Source: Macrostomum lignano | Lineage: Eukaryota | Assembly: GCA_002269645.1 (NCBI GenBank) | Contig: NIVC01000891.1 | Coordinates: 310,001-374,000, forward strand | DNA: 64,000 nucleotides | Reading direction: 5' to 3' | Part shown: positions 1 through 12,959 of the stretch, one piece after another | Layout of the letters: the number at the start of each line of letters is the position of its first letter | Position numbering within the stretch: the first letter of the stretch is position 1 | Made by a program: the position numbers and the translations under genes | The notes under the pieces: model-generated | What the model was told of the DNA's origin: nothing | The model's input: only the letters and a program-made list of their open reading frames with translations | Databases searched by the model: none

Positions 1-604
1 ACAGCACGAAATGAAGCAATGATTGCGAAGTAAAAACGCACAACAGGGCAGTAACTATCGCATTTTGGTTAGAAATTTCTACATTTTTGCCGCTTGGTGG
101 TAGATAAAACTGACTGATAGATAGCCTGAGCAGCGACTTGTTTTCTGACTGAGCTGTTCCTGTCTTATCATGGCACAGCAGGCTTGTCTGCCCGGCAGCC
201 ACAAGTCAAACTACTGGCAATCATGGTAATACAAAAAATTAGTTCAATTTCTATAAAAAAATCTATAAACTCAATTAAAACAGCGCAAAGGGTAAACTTC
301 TATGTGCAAAATTGTTTTGCTTTTGTTATCTCCGTATCGTAAACACAAACTCTACAGCAATAATTAACCAATGCAGAGTTAGTAGTTTCCCAGAAATGCT
401 GCAATGGACATGTTGTGTACAGCCGCAGCCCTTGGCGAATGTCTGCTACTTGACCGCTTGTGATTTGACCCCTGACCCATTTAGTCTTACAGCCGACTAT
501 TAAACTTTTTAATGTTAACTTTTACAATAGTCAACAAAAAGAATAATGGTACATGTAGGAACATAAACTTTAAATGCTTGAAGCTTGGGGTTGCTAAATT
601 TCTG

Positions 605-1224
605 CGGCTCATGGGGGTTGCTGAGATGCTGCGGCTCATGGTGAGGGGTGGCTGAGATGCTGTGGCTCATGGAGGGTTGCTGAGATACCAGGTGGCTCAT
701 GGGGGTTGCTGAGATACTGTGGCTCATGGGGAGGGGGTGGCTGAGATGCTGTGGCTAATAGGGGTTTGCTGAGATGCTGTGGCTCATGGGGGGTTGCTGA
801 GATGCTGTGGCTAATAGGGAGGGGGTGGCTGAGATGCTGTGGCTCATGGGAGGGGGTGGCTGAGATACTGTGGCTCATGGGAGGGGTTTGCTGAGATGCT
901 ATGGCTCATGGGGGGTGGCTAAGATGTTGTGGCTCGTGGGAGGGGTGGCTGAGATGTTGTGGCTCGTGGGAAGGGGGTGGCTGAGATACTGTGGCTCATG
1001 GGGAGGGGGTGGCTAAGATGCTATGGCTCATGGGGGGTGGCTGAAATGCTGTGGCTCATGGGGGGTTGCTGAGATGCTGTGGCTCATGGGAGGGGTGGCA
1101 GAGATGCTGTGGCTCGTGGGAGGGTGTGGCTGAGATGCTGTGGCTCGTAGGAGGGTGTGGCTGAGATGCTGTGGCTCATGGGGAGTGGGTGGCTGAGATA
1201 CTATGGCTTATTGGGGGTTGCTCA
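605..1224. repeat. Minisatellite, ~29-32 bp unit (GCTGAGATGCTGTGGCTCATGGGAGGGGTG)
   Basis: Tandem copies are directly visible; length varies in the G-runs. Confidence 0.95.
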
Positions 1225-2912
1225 GAAAGGGTCAATTGGGAGTTTTTTGTAGGCCTAGGATCACATGGAGAGTAAGAGTAAGCATTAGGGTTAAGCTGTG
1301 GCTTAAAGAGAGGCTTTGATGGCATTGATGCCAAAGCTCAAAGGGTACCTTAGATATCTTATACCTTAATACCTTAGATATCTTATGCTAGATAACTAGC
1401 ATTCAAGGCAACAGTTCAAGGCAACTGTTTTTTGTTTTAAATATCACTTTTCTAGGGAACTAGCAATCATAACTATACAAGGTGAAAGCTACAATAGTTT
1501 ATTAAAAAAATTTCTTTGTTGTTTTTTTAATAGAAGGGCAAAGATGATTAGTCTTTGCATTAAAATCCTGCCTTTTGGCACTAAATTAATGCTAAAATCT
1601 TGCCTCTAGCACTAAATTGATACTAAAATATTGCCTTTGGCACTAAAATCTTGTCTTATAGCACTAAAGACATTGACTATGGGTATTATGAATTTTGGTT
1701 TGTGATTGCCCCCACCCTGAGACTAGATGAAAATCTGGTTATTAGCAACAATTTATTAGAATATATATTTACTATGCTAAAAACTATCAAAGAAACCAAT
1801 ATATTCAAAACACCTGCATGAGACAAATGATCTAATATTAAGATAAGATCTTGTAATTCAATCACTTAAAAATTAGGACTAATAAGCTAGCCACTGAAAG
1901 AAAAGATAAACTATTTAAAGCTAAGCTAGTTAAAGCAAAGCTTGAATCTCATTGATAAATTAAATATTAACTTATGAAATATAATGGGCTTAAAGATAAA
2001 AATTAACTCATGAGCCTGATAATAGAAGAGCTAGAAGATTAAAGGTATTATTATATATTCATATTTCAAAATAACTAAACTTTCAATAATAATATATACT
2101 ATACTCATTACCTTAGTCAGCAATTAGTAACAAAACAACAATAATGAGACCTAATGTATCGCAAAATATTAAAAAGAATACAAAAGAAGTTGGTGCTAGT
2201 GACAGATTTTCATATTCGAAAGTTTGACAAAACAATATAAACATTGTTGTTTGCGCCACTTGAAAATGGCTTACATATTGCTTCATACTTCTACACACAG
2301 ACAGTTATTGTGGTAAAAAAAACTGATTTTAGAGTAGTTTTAAACTTAATTGATGAATCTAAAACGTAAAGACAAAATTTCCCAAGAAAAAATGTTGCTT
2401 CAAGCATCAAGATTCGCCTGAAGTCATCTAACCCTTCAGGGGTAAAAATTTTATAATAAAAATTTTATAGTAGTAGTAGTAGTAAGTTGGCTCAGGCAAG
2501 AAGCCTGTTTGGCCAGTATATTTCTGTGTATTTAAGTTATTTTAGCATTAGTTGTTTAATTACGATTAAGTTCAAAAGGTTAAATTTTTACACCAGTTAC
2601 GATGCGAGTTACGATATTTGTAAAATTATTAAGGTATTTGAAAGAGCGTTTTTTGTAAAAAGATATAGTATTTTGCAAGCGCGCAATATTTCAAAGCGTG
2701 AAAAACGAACGAAAAATGAACGAAAAACGAACTTCGAAAGAAATTTACGTTAAACGAATAGCGACAATTTAAATGGGTATTAGATAGGAAACTAATTAAA
2801 TATTAATTAAATGCTAATTAAATAGGAAATTAAAAAGGCAGTAAATGAATAAACAAAAGAAAAGCGGATTTATTACACTGCTGATATGTCTGTTTCAGTT
2901 TGCATAACTGTT

Positions 2913-5542
2913 TTAGCTATTCATGACTTCATATATTTTAGCTACACCAGTGAGCTCTTTTCTGACTCTTTTTTCATTTGTAGCATATCCTAACTTGTGT
3001 ACTTGCTTGTCATTTAAGAGGTACTGACAAAAGTATTTTTTTCTGATCTTTTCAGTTTGTGGACATTCGGTCAAGTAGTGTAGGATATCGGAACCATTTC
3101 TCGCTCCACACAGTCTACATGCTTCATGAGAGAAAATGTTGGGTGTAATTTCGCATTTCAGTTTTAGGAGGGTTGTTAAGAATTTTTTGTTTCTAAAAGT
3201 GCATGGAAAGTAATCTGAAAGGTCGGGCCTGCAGATTTTTTTGTAGAGATAGGCGTTTTTGTAGAGTTTAATATGTTGCTGATTCTCTAGCTTTTGGCTA
3301 AGTTCTCTTTCTCTGTGTATCTTGAGGTGCTTTTTCACTAGGTATTTCTCGTTATTAAAGCTTTGGGAAAGTTTATCTTCAGTTAGTGCTTTTAAGTCTA
3401 TACTTTCCAGTTTCTTTAGTACATTTGTTTTCCATGGATTTTTTTGGCTGGTGTTTGAGTAGAAAATTTCTAGAGTCGTTTGGCAGAGTTTTTTGTGTCT
3501 AATCTTCAGCCAGTAGATGAGGTAGGTTTTAGCGATTCGTTGAGAGATTGGAGTAAGCTCAAGTTCTGATGATATCACACTGTTGCTAGCAAATTTTGGT
3601 AGATTGAGGAGATATTTGTAGAATTTCAGCTGAATATTATCAATAGCTTTTGTATCAGACATGGTAGCCAGAGGGCCCCAGAGCTCACAACCGTAAGTGA
3701 TAACGGGGGTAACAAGCGCATCAAATAGTCTGCGAATGAGTGTGATGTCTAGGGACGTATTCTTTACCCTATGGAGTAGGGAAAACATGGCTGTATATCC
3801 CTGCTTAGTTTGGTGTTCAATACATTTTTTAAAGCTGTTTTTTGGTTCAAAAATAATTCCCAGGTATTTAAATTCATTTACTTCCTCTATTTCTTGGTTG
3901 TCGTAGTATATTTTTGTAGCAATGCTTTCTGCGTCGTTTTTTTGTCTGGTATTGCCCTGCATGAACTTTGTTTTGCTTGCGTTTACTTTCAAGTAATTTT
4001 GTTTGCAGTAATTTTCCATAGTCGTAAATGTGTCTTGAAGTTCGTCTTTGTTATTAGCTAGAATGGCTTGATCGTCTGCAAAGAGTAGGATGAGTGGGAA
4101 AGCAGATCTCGTAAGAGAGCGCCTAGCGCTAGAGAGTTCAAGATATTCAACAATGTCGTCAATATATAGTTCAAAAAGGATGGTAGAGAGAGGGTTGCCT
4201 TGAAGAACACCTTTTGATATTGGGATTGGCTGGGTTTCATCATCATCATCATCTTTTTTTAGAATGAAGCAGGCATTTTTATGCATGTTCTTGATAAGTT
4301 CCGTCATTTGACCTTTAATACCCTGGTTATCCGTTTTGTGCCAAAGGGTCGGTTGATTTAAGCTATCGAAGGCTTTTTCATAGTCAACAAATCCAATAAA
4401 GAGTTCTTCTTTGTTGTAGATGGATTGGTTTATAATGTTGTAAAGATTAAAACATTGGTCGATTGTGCTGTGATTGGGCTTGAAACCGTATTGGTATTTT
4501 GATATAAGATTGTTTGCGTATGCTAGGTTTTCGAGTCTGGATTTAATAATTTGGCAAAAGAGCTTGCCAAGAATTGGTTGAATGCAGATTCCTCTGTAAT
4601 TGTTGGGGTCGGCACTGCTGCCTTTGTTTTTATAAATCGGATGAAGTGTATTTGTTATCCAACTAGTTGGGAAGGTTCCTTGTTTGAGTGCTTCGTTGAA
4701 AAGTGAGCATAGGAGGTCAGCAAGTTCGTTCTCGAGGTATTTGAGTGTTTCTACATATACTTTATCGTGCCCAGGTGCTTTGTCGGTTTTGAGCTTTTTA
4801 ATATGTTTTATAACTTCTTCTTTGGTGAATGGGGCATTGAAATCCTCTAAATCAGCCAGAATAGGGTTGTCAAGGTGAAGATTGTATGAAAGTCTAATGC
4901 TGCTGTCTTGTTCAGTTACAAGATTTTGAAAGTGTATGATAAATTTTTCATCAATTGTTACTCTGTTGTTTGAGGGATTTGGTGTTTTTAATAAGTTCCA
5001 AAGTTGTTTTGTATCGTTTTGAATAAAGGCTTGGTTGATCATGTTGTCTGCACAGAGAGTTGTTTCAAATTTCCATGAAGTGAGCTTTTTTCGTATGCTT
5101 TTTTGAGTTGTACTTTGCTTGAGAGGTTGTTGGGAGTAGGGAAGGTTTTATATCTTCTGCAGGCATGTCTAGCAGCGTTTCTTAAATCTTTAAGGAAGCG
5201 AGGCAGTGTTGAGCATAGTGGGTTCTTTATCTCTACTGTGATGTTGTTTTGAATTTGTCTAACTTTTCTACTTAATTCATTTATAAAAGCTGGGTTTTGT
5301 ATGTCTAGATTTGTGATTTTGTCATGCATGTTTTTCAGGTCATTTGCGAAGTTATTGATATGTTTTTCTTGTTGCAGGTTGGGTTTATGTGACTTTTTTA
5401 GGACTCTGTATCTCGTTTTCGAGTTATTGGTTGCTTGTTTAGTTTCTGTGATTTCCTCTGTGAATTCACTTGATAGGGAGAGCACTATTTGGTTGTGGTC
5501 GCTAAAGTAGGTGTGGTTCTTTACTTTAAAGTCTATAGTCAT
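2913..5542 (-). mobile_element. 5'-truncated non-LTR retrotransposon (LINE) ORF2: end of AP endonuclease, reverse transcriptase and C-terminal Cys/His motif, with one frameshift
   Basis: ORF 5039-5542 starts with the endonuclease C-terminal SDH motif (FSDHNQI). ORF 2913-5042 has RT motifs KAPGHD, NYRGI, QYGF, VDYEKAFDS, GVLQGNPLS, LFADD and KYLGI, plus CRLC...HYLTEC. One extra A in the run at 5086-5091 would fuse the two ORFs. The 3' UTR may extend to a (TAC)n tail near 2467-2484. Confidence 0.92.
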
Positions 5543-7763
5543 AACTAAAAAGAGACTTTAATTTGAACTATCGCGGTTTCTTAGATAATTTATTTACTGC
5601 TTAAATTAAAACAAAGTAGTTATATTTTGAAAATTTAATTGCTTAGCTACTAAAGAAAGACGTAAAATTTTAACTTAAAAGTAAATATTCTAGCAAATAT
5701 TTGCTACAAAAAATTCTCTTAATTTCAATGCTTTTGTGCAACACGGTGACGCGATAACACATTGACTATAATCATTTGATCATGTCCCCGTCGATTCGAC
5801 TATTTCAATATATGTGTAATGCGTTTTTCCTTTTAGGCTTTTAGGTCGCAGTCAAAGATCGTAGATGCGTAGCTGATAAAATTTAAGTACTTTCAGTACA
5901 GCAATATTGTATTAGCTACAAAGCTTTACAATGGCCATAGGTCAATTTTAGGCAAAGGTCTATGTTTTTTTCACTGTAAAAATGTAGTAGTATAATTTCG
6001 AAAGCTGTACACTTTTAGACAATCTTCCTCTTAGAAATTACCCACTTGTGGCATGTATCAATTTGAAGTTTTACTATGTCTAGCAAGAAATAATAATTGT
6101 CAAAATACTTGATTTATTATTATAATATAAGTTAATAACAAACCATTTAACAAAGAAAACTTACTATAATTTTACTACTTTTCATTACACGACATTAGCT
6201 TATATAACTTATATCTTTTTTTGGCTATCTGCTTGGCATGTTTAATTATATTGCTCTATAATATAATGTGTACATTTTCTTGACTGACTAGGATCATAGG
6301 ATGCACTTTATAATACAAAAAGCTAGAGTGGCTAAATTCTAATTCCAATTTAGATTGTATTTATATTATTCTAATAATAGGTCTATTTGAGAATTTACCA
6401 TAATAAGTGTATACATCAGCTTTTTGCCCTTCTCATATAAAAAGGAGGCCTTTCTAATTATTGGTCAATGTGTGCAATTTAAAACCTTTTAATGTTTTGT
6501 CTAGCATTGTCTAATGTTTTGGTGCAAAATTTAACTTTTGTTAAACTTATATTTTTAATAAATCATTTATGCTGTTGCTAGTTATCCAACTAATAGATAG
6601 AATAGTCTCACTAGTCTATAGGGCACTAGGCTTCAAATCTAACTAGTTTGAAACCAACTAGAATTAGAAAAAATGAAACTAGAAGAAATATTAATAGAAA
6701 AAGAAAGCCACTAAAAATTGAGTTTTAAAAGAACTGGAAGATATTATAGGGGAATGACATAAGAATTTAGAATCATAGTCACTATGAAGGATTAGCGAAG
6801 ACAACTACTAACAAAATTGTTGCTTTTTTCTTTTTGCTTATTATAGTAAATGAAGATTTTAAACCCAGAAATAGAACTCAAACTCTAGTATTGATACATT
6901 TTATTGAACAATTGCTTTGTAGAAATTTTAAATTAGCAATTATCATAAATATGGTTTTATTAGCAACTATTCCAAAATCACTGAAGTCACTGCAAATGAA
7001 AATTGTTGATGAAAATAATAAAAGTTTAATTTTATGGACTCTATCATTATTAATTTAAGTAACTAAAGTTAATAATATAATGATGAAAAAACATTTTTTG
7101 CAAACAGTAACTCAAACTACCTAGTGCTTAACTCCCAAGTCTACATGTGCACTAGAAAATAAAATGTACTTTATTTTTGATACATGTTTCAAAAGCAATG
7201 CGCCAATCTGATCAATGCTTTGCTAACACATCTCAGTTGCTAGGGCTTGCTTTGAGCTTTTTTATGCTAGTCACAGCTTATGTAAAAGCTAGTACGTAAT
7301 AATGCCTAGCTTTATTAGAATTTAACTTTCAGCAATCTAATTGTACCATCATTTAGAGCAGAGTAGAATGTATCTAAATTGACAGCAATATTGGATGGAT
7401 GTAATATTGTTGCAATGCTATACACTGCAGCCTAGTCTAATTATAACTTTTTATTTTTATGCACTGCGCAATTGCAGTGGCTGTGCTGTTGACTGCTCAT
7501 TTGTACTTTATGTTCCATATTTTGTTTCTAAAATTCTAAGAAGAGAAGGCTGCCATTGAATTCTGCATAGCAGGATATACAAATAATTTGCTTTGATCTA
7601 GCACTTATAAGCCTTGTACTACTAGCCAACTCAACTTCAATATGATTTTCCTGTAGCGAATATTTCCATAGGCTTTATTAAACCTAAACTAGTGTTTGAT
7701 TTGCCCATACTTCAGAGAAAACAATTACTGCACTTTATCAAGGCCAGAGGAGCCTCTATAGCA

Positions 7764-9291
7764 ATGTCCCGTCCCATAAGCATGCCAGCTAATCACCAAC
7801 TGGAGGTGCCTGTCTATTTCTGCCGCCATGCCGAGTCTACATACAATGCCCATGGCGACTCCAGCCCAGATGTGCCCCTGTCAGAGAGGGGCAGAGCTCA
7901 GGCTAAGGCTTTGTCTGGCCACTATCACATAGTGCTGTGCTCACCTATGCAGAGGGCGAGGCAGACTATTGAGCTGAGTAAGATCACCTACAGCAAAATG
8001 CTGGTGAGATCCCGGTTAAAATATCTATTTATGGTTTTTGATTAGCTTATTTTTCAATTTCTTATCAATCCGACCTTTATTTAGCTTCTCATCTATTCTG
8101 AGCTCTCTGTCTCATTCAGATCGAGAGTGATGTCTATTCTCACCAAAGGGGCTCTCTGTCTCATCCATTGTGATGTCTTTTCTCACCAAAGGGGCTCTCT
8201 GTCTCATCCATTGTGATGTCTATTCTCAACAAAGGGGCTCTCTGTCTCATCCATTGTGATGTCTATTCTCAACAAAGGGGCTCTCTGTCTCATCCGATGT
8301 GATGTCTATTCTCACCAAAGGGGCTCTCTGTCTCATCCATTGTGATGTCTATTCTCACCAAAGGGGCTCTCTGTCTCATCCGATGTGATGTCTATTCTCA
8401 ACAAAGGGGCTCTCTGTCTCATCCGATGTGATGTCTATTCTCACCAAAGGGGCTCTCTGTCTCATCCGATGTGATGTCTATTCTCAACAAAGGGGCTCTC
8501 TGTCTCATCCGATGTGATGTCTATTTTCACCAAAAGGGGCGGCTCTCTGTCTCATCCATTGTGATGTCTATTCTCAACAAAGGGGCTCTGTCTCATTCTA
8601 GTCTCTAGTCTCTTCAAGCTCTAGTCTCTATCCATAAGCTCTAGTCTCTATCCATAAGCTCTAGTCTCTATCCATAAGCTCTAGTCTCTATCCATAAGCT
8701 CTAGTCTCTATCCATAAGCTCTAGTCTCTATCCATAAGCTCTAGTCTCTATCCATAAGCTCTAGTCTCTATCCATAAACTCTAGTCTCTATCCATAAACT
8801 CTAGTCTCTATCCATAAGCTCTAGTCTCTATCCATAAATTCTAGTCTCTATCCATAAGCTCTAGTCTCTATCCATAAACTCTAGTCTCACTGGATAAACT
8901 CAAGTCTGACCCAATGCCGAAGTGTCTAACACAACCATTGTTGCCACCCACTTGCGCCCAGGTGGTGCCCGAGCTGCGCGAAGTGGTGTCGGTGAGCTCC
9001 GACCAACTGGCCCACGAGCGCAGCTGGCACGAGACGCGCAGCCAGGCGCAGGAGCGGTGCGCCGCAGTCCTCCAGCTGCTGAAAAGCGAAGCGGCGGCGG
9101 CGGCGGCGGCAGGCGGCAGTCCCAGAATCCTGCTGGTGTCGCACTGCGTGTTCGGCGGCCGGCTGTACGCGCACTGCAATGCGGACTCGCCCAGGTGTCC
9201 GAAGTTGCGCAACGCTGCGATCGTCCCGTTCCCGGTGACCACCCTGTCCGGACAGAAGAGCCAACGGAATGGCAAGATGGCTGGCCTCTGA
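7764..9291 (+). CDS. Histidine phosphatase (phosphoglycerate mutase-like) paralog 1; exons 7764-8003 and 8962-9291 (~189 aa)
   Basis: Motifs YFCRHAES, LSERG, SPMQRARQT, ELRE and LVSH. GTGAG donor at 8004 and CCCAG acceptor ending at 8961 give a phase-0 join KML|VVPELRE that aligns with the paralogs. Start codon uncertain (7764 or 7782). Confidence 0.88.
8102..8598. repeat. Intronic minisatellite, 43-bp unit
   Basis: Tandem GGGGCTCTCTGTCTCATCC(A/G)(T/A)TGTGATGTCTATTCTCA(A/C)CAAA. Confidence 0.93.
8618..8890. repeat. Intronic minisatellite, 20-bp unit CTAGTCTCTATCCATAAGCT
   Basis: About 13 near-perfect tandem copies. Confidence 0.95.
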
Positions 9292-9814
9292 GCTTGAGAC
9301 TGTTCACCTTAATCTAATCATGCGAAAGCAGTGCTTTTAAATGCTTCAATTTCGAGATTGGGGCTCGTATTTACCTGATCGGTTCCACGTGTGTGCAGTG
9401 AAGCTCCTCGTTTATTCAGAGATCCTCAACAGTTCTAGTTATTTTTCATACTTGTCCCTACTGTGGCACATCCGCGTGCTTTAAGTAAAAAGATGCGCTT
9501 TGTTTATGCCTGTCTTGTTTGCATAAATATAATTGTGAAAACATAATCACTAAGAATTTTGATTTCACAGTAATGTTTATCCTTTCTTTTCATTTTTACC
9601 CGTTGCTAAGGAAATATAATAGTAATGATTATAAAATATCTATCGCGTTGCTTAGCTGCTGAATCGCAGTTCCCCAGCTGTGATTGGCTTGCAGCTTTTC
9701 AAAGTAAGCCGAAGTCAAATTACTTTGGGCTACATTCAAGTCAACATTAACTGCAATTCATGCCGCCGGAAATCACCTAGCAACCGGTCCCAATATCACC
9801 CAGCGATCTGCCAC

Positions 9815-10357
9815 ATGTCCGGAAATGAGCAGAGCTCGGACACTAAAAAGTCCGCCGTGTACTTCTGCCGCCACGCCGAGTCGCGTCACAACGCCTTCGG
9901 TGACAACAGCGTCGACGTTGATCTGTCGGAGCGCGGCGAGTCGCAGGCGCGGGCGCTGACCGGCGAGTTCGACCTCGTCCTCTGCTCGCCGATGCGTCGG
10001 GCTCGCCGAACTCTCGACCTCAGCGGCATTCGCTATCAACGCCTGGAGATTGTGCCGCAGATGCGCGAGTGGATCTTCGATCTGTCCGACCAGATGGCCG
10101 GGGAGCCGGCCGAACTTCGGGAGTCGCCTGTCGACATCGAGCGGCGCTGTCAGATGGTTCGAGAGCGACTCCGCTCGCTGCTGTCAGTCAATGGTGCTGG
10201 CGTTGAACACGCGGCGCCGCGCAGCGTCCTGCTGGTGTCGCACGCCGCCTTCGGGCGAGAGTTGTTCCGAGTGTGCGGCTGCGACAGGCCGATCGGCAAC
10301 ATCGCCAATGCCGTCATCTATCCGTTCAACCTGGACTTCAGCTCGCCTGCCAGCTAA
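9815..10357 (+). CDS. Histidine phosphatase (PGAM-like) paralog 2, intronless CDS (~180 aa)
   Basis: Motifs YFCRHAES, SPMRRARRT, QMRE and LVSH in one uninterrupted frame; ATG at 9815 is in frame with ORF 9680-10357. Confidence 0.92.
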   Translation: MSGNEQSSDTKKSAVYFCRHAESRHNAFGDNSVDVDLSERGESQARALTGEFDLVLCSPMRRARRTLDLSGIRYQRLEIVPQMREWIFDLSDQMAGEPAELRESPVDIERRCQMVRERLRSLLSVNGAGVEHAAPRSVLLVSHAAFGRELFRVCGCDRPIGNIANAVIYPFNLDFSSPAS

Positions 10358-10442
10358 TATTCGAATATTCGGGAAGTTGCAAGCATTAGCATAACTTTAT
10401 TGAATTACCCAATTACTCGAGGATTACAGAAAGTGCTGCTTG

Positions 10443-11220
10443 ATTACACCAGAGCACTGTTCCATTACACCAGAGCGCCGTCCCATTACACCAGAGCGCT
10501 GTCCCATTACACCAGAGCGCTGTCCCATTACATCAGAGCATGTTCTATTACACCAGAGCGCTGTCCCATTACACCAGAACGCTGTCCCATTACACCAGAG
10601 CGCTGTCCCATTACATCAGAGCATGTTCTATTACACCAGAGCACTGTCCCATTACACCAGAACGCTGTCCCATTACACCAGAGCGCTGTCCCATTACACC
10701 AGAGCATGTTCTATTACACCAGAGCACTGTCCCATTACACCAGAACGCTGTCCCATTACACCAGAGCACTGTCCCATTACACCAGAGCGCTGTCCCATTA
10801 CACCAGAGCGCTGTCCCATTACATCAGAGCGCTGTCCCATTACACCAGGGCGCTGTCCCATTACACCAGAGCGCTGTCCCATTACACCAGAGCGCTGTCC
10901 CATTACACCAGAGCGCTGTCCCATTACACCAGAGCACTGTCCCATTACACCAGAGCGCTGTCCCATTACACCAGAGCGCTGTCCCATTACACCAGAGCAC
11001 TGTTCTATTACCCCAGAGCGCTGTCCCATTACACCAGAGCGCTGTCCCATTACACCAGAGCGCTGTCCCATTACACCAGAGCGCTGTCCCATTACACCAG
11101 AGCGCTGTCCCATTACACCAGAGCGCTGTCCCATTACATCAGAGCGCTGTCCCATTACACCAGAGCGCTGTCCCATTACATCAGAGCGCTGTCCCATTAC
11201 ACCAGAGCGCTGTCCCATTT
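10443..11220. repeat. Minisatellite, 21-bp unit CCATTACACCAGAGCGCTGTC
   Basis: Tandem copies are visible and explain the multi-frame repeat ORFs. Confidence 0.95.
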
Positions 11221-11831
11221 CCAAGTCCTAGATTTAATTGTTTTTTACCTACTTTAATAATTCTAATCAAATTTAATAGCACTTTTACTGACTATTCCGC
11301 CACGGCTGTCAAATGCAGATGTTGTTACTCAATAGTAGTCAGTTTTGCATATGTTCGCGAATTCGATCTTTCTCTTAGATTTCCAATGCAATCGTAGAAT
11401 ATTATATGGCATACTATTATATACAGATATACATGTATATATTAAATACTATTATATACACTATGGCATATACTATGGCATACAGCCTCGACTATTACAA
11501 TAGTTCTACTACTTATAGGCTCTTCTTGGTAGGCAATATGCTAATCTCGAGTTGAAGACGATGGTTAAAAACTGTGATTTTTATAACATTTGCCATATTT
11601 GGTCAACTTAACTTGTTTGTACCCAATAATGTTTTCCACTGTCTATGGAGATAAATATACTGGTTAGATTATCGATATATATTGTTAATTGCTGGAATAA
11701 AATAATGTTTTAAGAAAAAGGCATCAACCCTGAATGCTAGCTATTTAACCTAAGATATCAGCATTTTCTTGAGCTTTGGAATCAAAGCACCCCTTTAAGC
11801 TATGGCCTACCAACAAATCCCTATTGACCAT

Positions 11832-12840
11832 TGGCATCTCAGCGATTCCCCATGAGTCTTGGGCATCTCAGCGATTCCCCATGAGTCTTGGGCATCTCAG
11901 CGATTCCCCATGAGTCTTAGGCATTGCAGCGATTCCCCATGAGTCTTGGGCATCTCAGCGATTCCCCATGAGTCTTGGGCACCTGAGCAATTCCCCATGA
12001 GTCTTGGACATCTCAGCGATTCCCTATGAGTCTTGGGCACCTCTGCGATTCCCCATAAGTCTTAGGCATTGTAGCGATTCCCCATGAGTCTTAGGCATTG
12101 CAGCGATTCCCCATGAGTCTTGGGCATTGCAGCGATTCCCCATGAGTCTTGGGCATTGCAGCGATTCCCCATGAGTCTTGGGCATTGCAGCGATTCCCCA
12201 TGAGTCTTAGGCATTGCAGCGATTCCCCATGAGTCTTGGGCATCTCAGCGATTCCCCATGAGTCTTAGGCATTGCAGCGATTCCCCATGAGTCTTGGACA
12301 TCTCAGCGATTCCCTATGAGTCTTGGGCACCTCAGCGATTCCCCATGAGTCGGGCACCTCTGCGATTCCCCATAAGTCTTAGGCATTGTAGCGATTCCCC
12401 ATGAGTCTTGGGCATTGCAGCGATTCCCCATGAGTCTTGGGCATTGCAGCGATTCCCCATGAGTCTTGGGCATTGCAGCGATTCCCCATGAGTCTTAGGC
12501 ATTGCAGCGATTCCCCATGAGTCTTGGGCATCTCAGCGATTCCCCATGAGTCTTGGGCATTGCAGCGATTCCCCATGAGTCTTGGGCATTGCAGCGATTC
12601 CCCATGAGTCTTAGGCATTGCAGCGATTCCCCATGAGTCTTGGGCATCTCAGCGATTCCCCATGAGTCTTAGGCATTGCAGCGATTCCCCATGAGTCTTG
12701 GGCATCTCAGCGATTCCCCATGAGTCTTAGGCATTGCAGCGATTCCCCATGAGTCTTGGGCATTGCAGCGATTCCCCATGAGTCTTGGGCATCTCAGCGA
12801 TTCCCTATGAGTCTTGGGCATCTCAGCGATCCCCCATAAG
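11832..12840. repeat. Minisatellite, 29-bp unit GCGATTCCCCATGAGTCTTGGGCATTGCA
   Basis: About 35 tandem copies. Confidence 0.95.
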
Positions 12841-12959
12841 TTTTGGTGAATTTATTTTGCCCAGTTGCACCACAAAGCAGCTCTCGCTCAAGTACTTGGG
12901 GTTCAATTCCCGATCATCGACCAACTACTTCTATACCGATCCGTCACTTGCAGCGCAGC

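Noticed and set aside
5086-5091. Programmed -1 frameshift in the LINE
   Set aside because: The A-run is not phased as an X XXY YYZ slippery site; a mutation or sequencing error is simpler.
10400-11397. Repeat ORFs (CPITPER, SHYTRAL)
   Set aside because: Translations of the 21-bp minisatellite.
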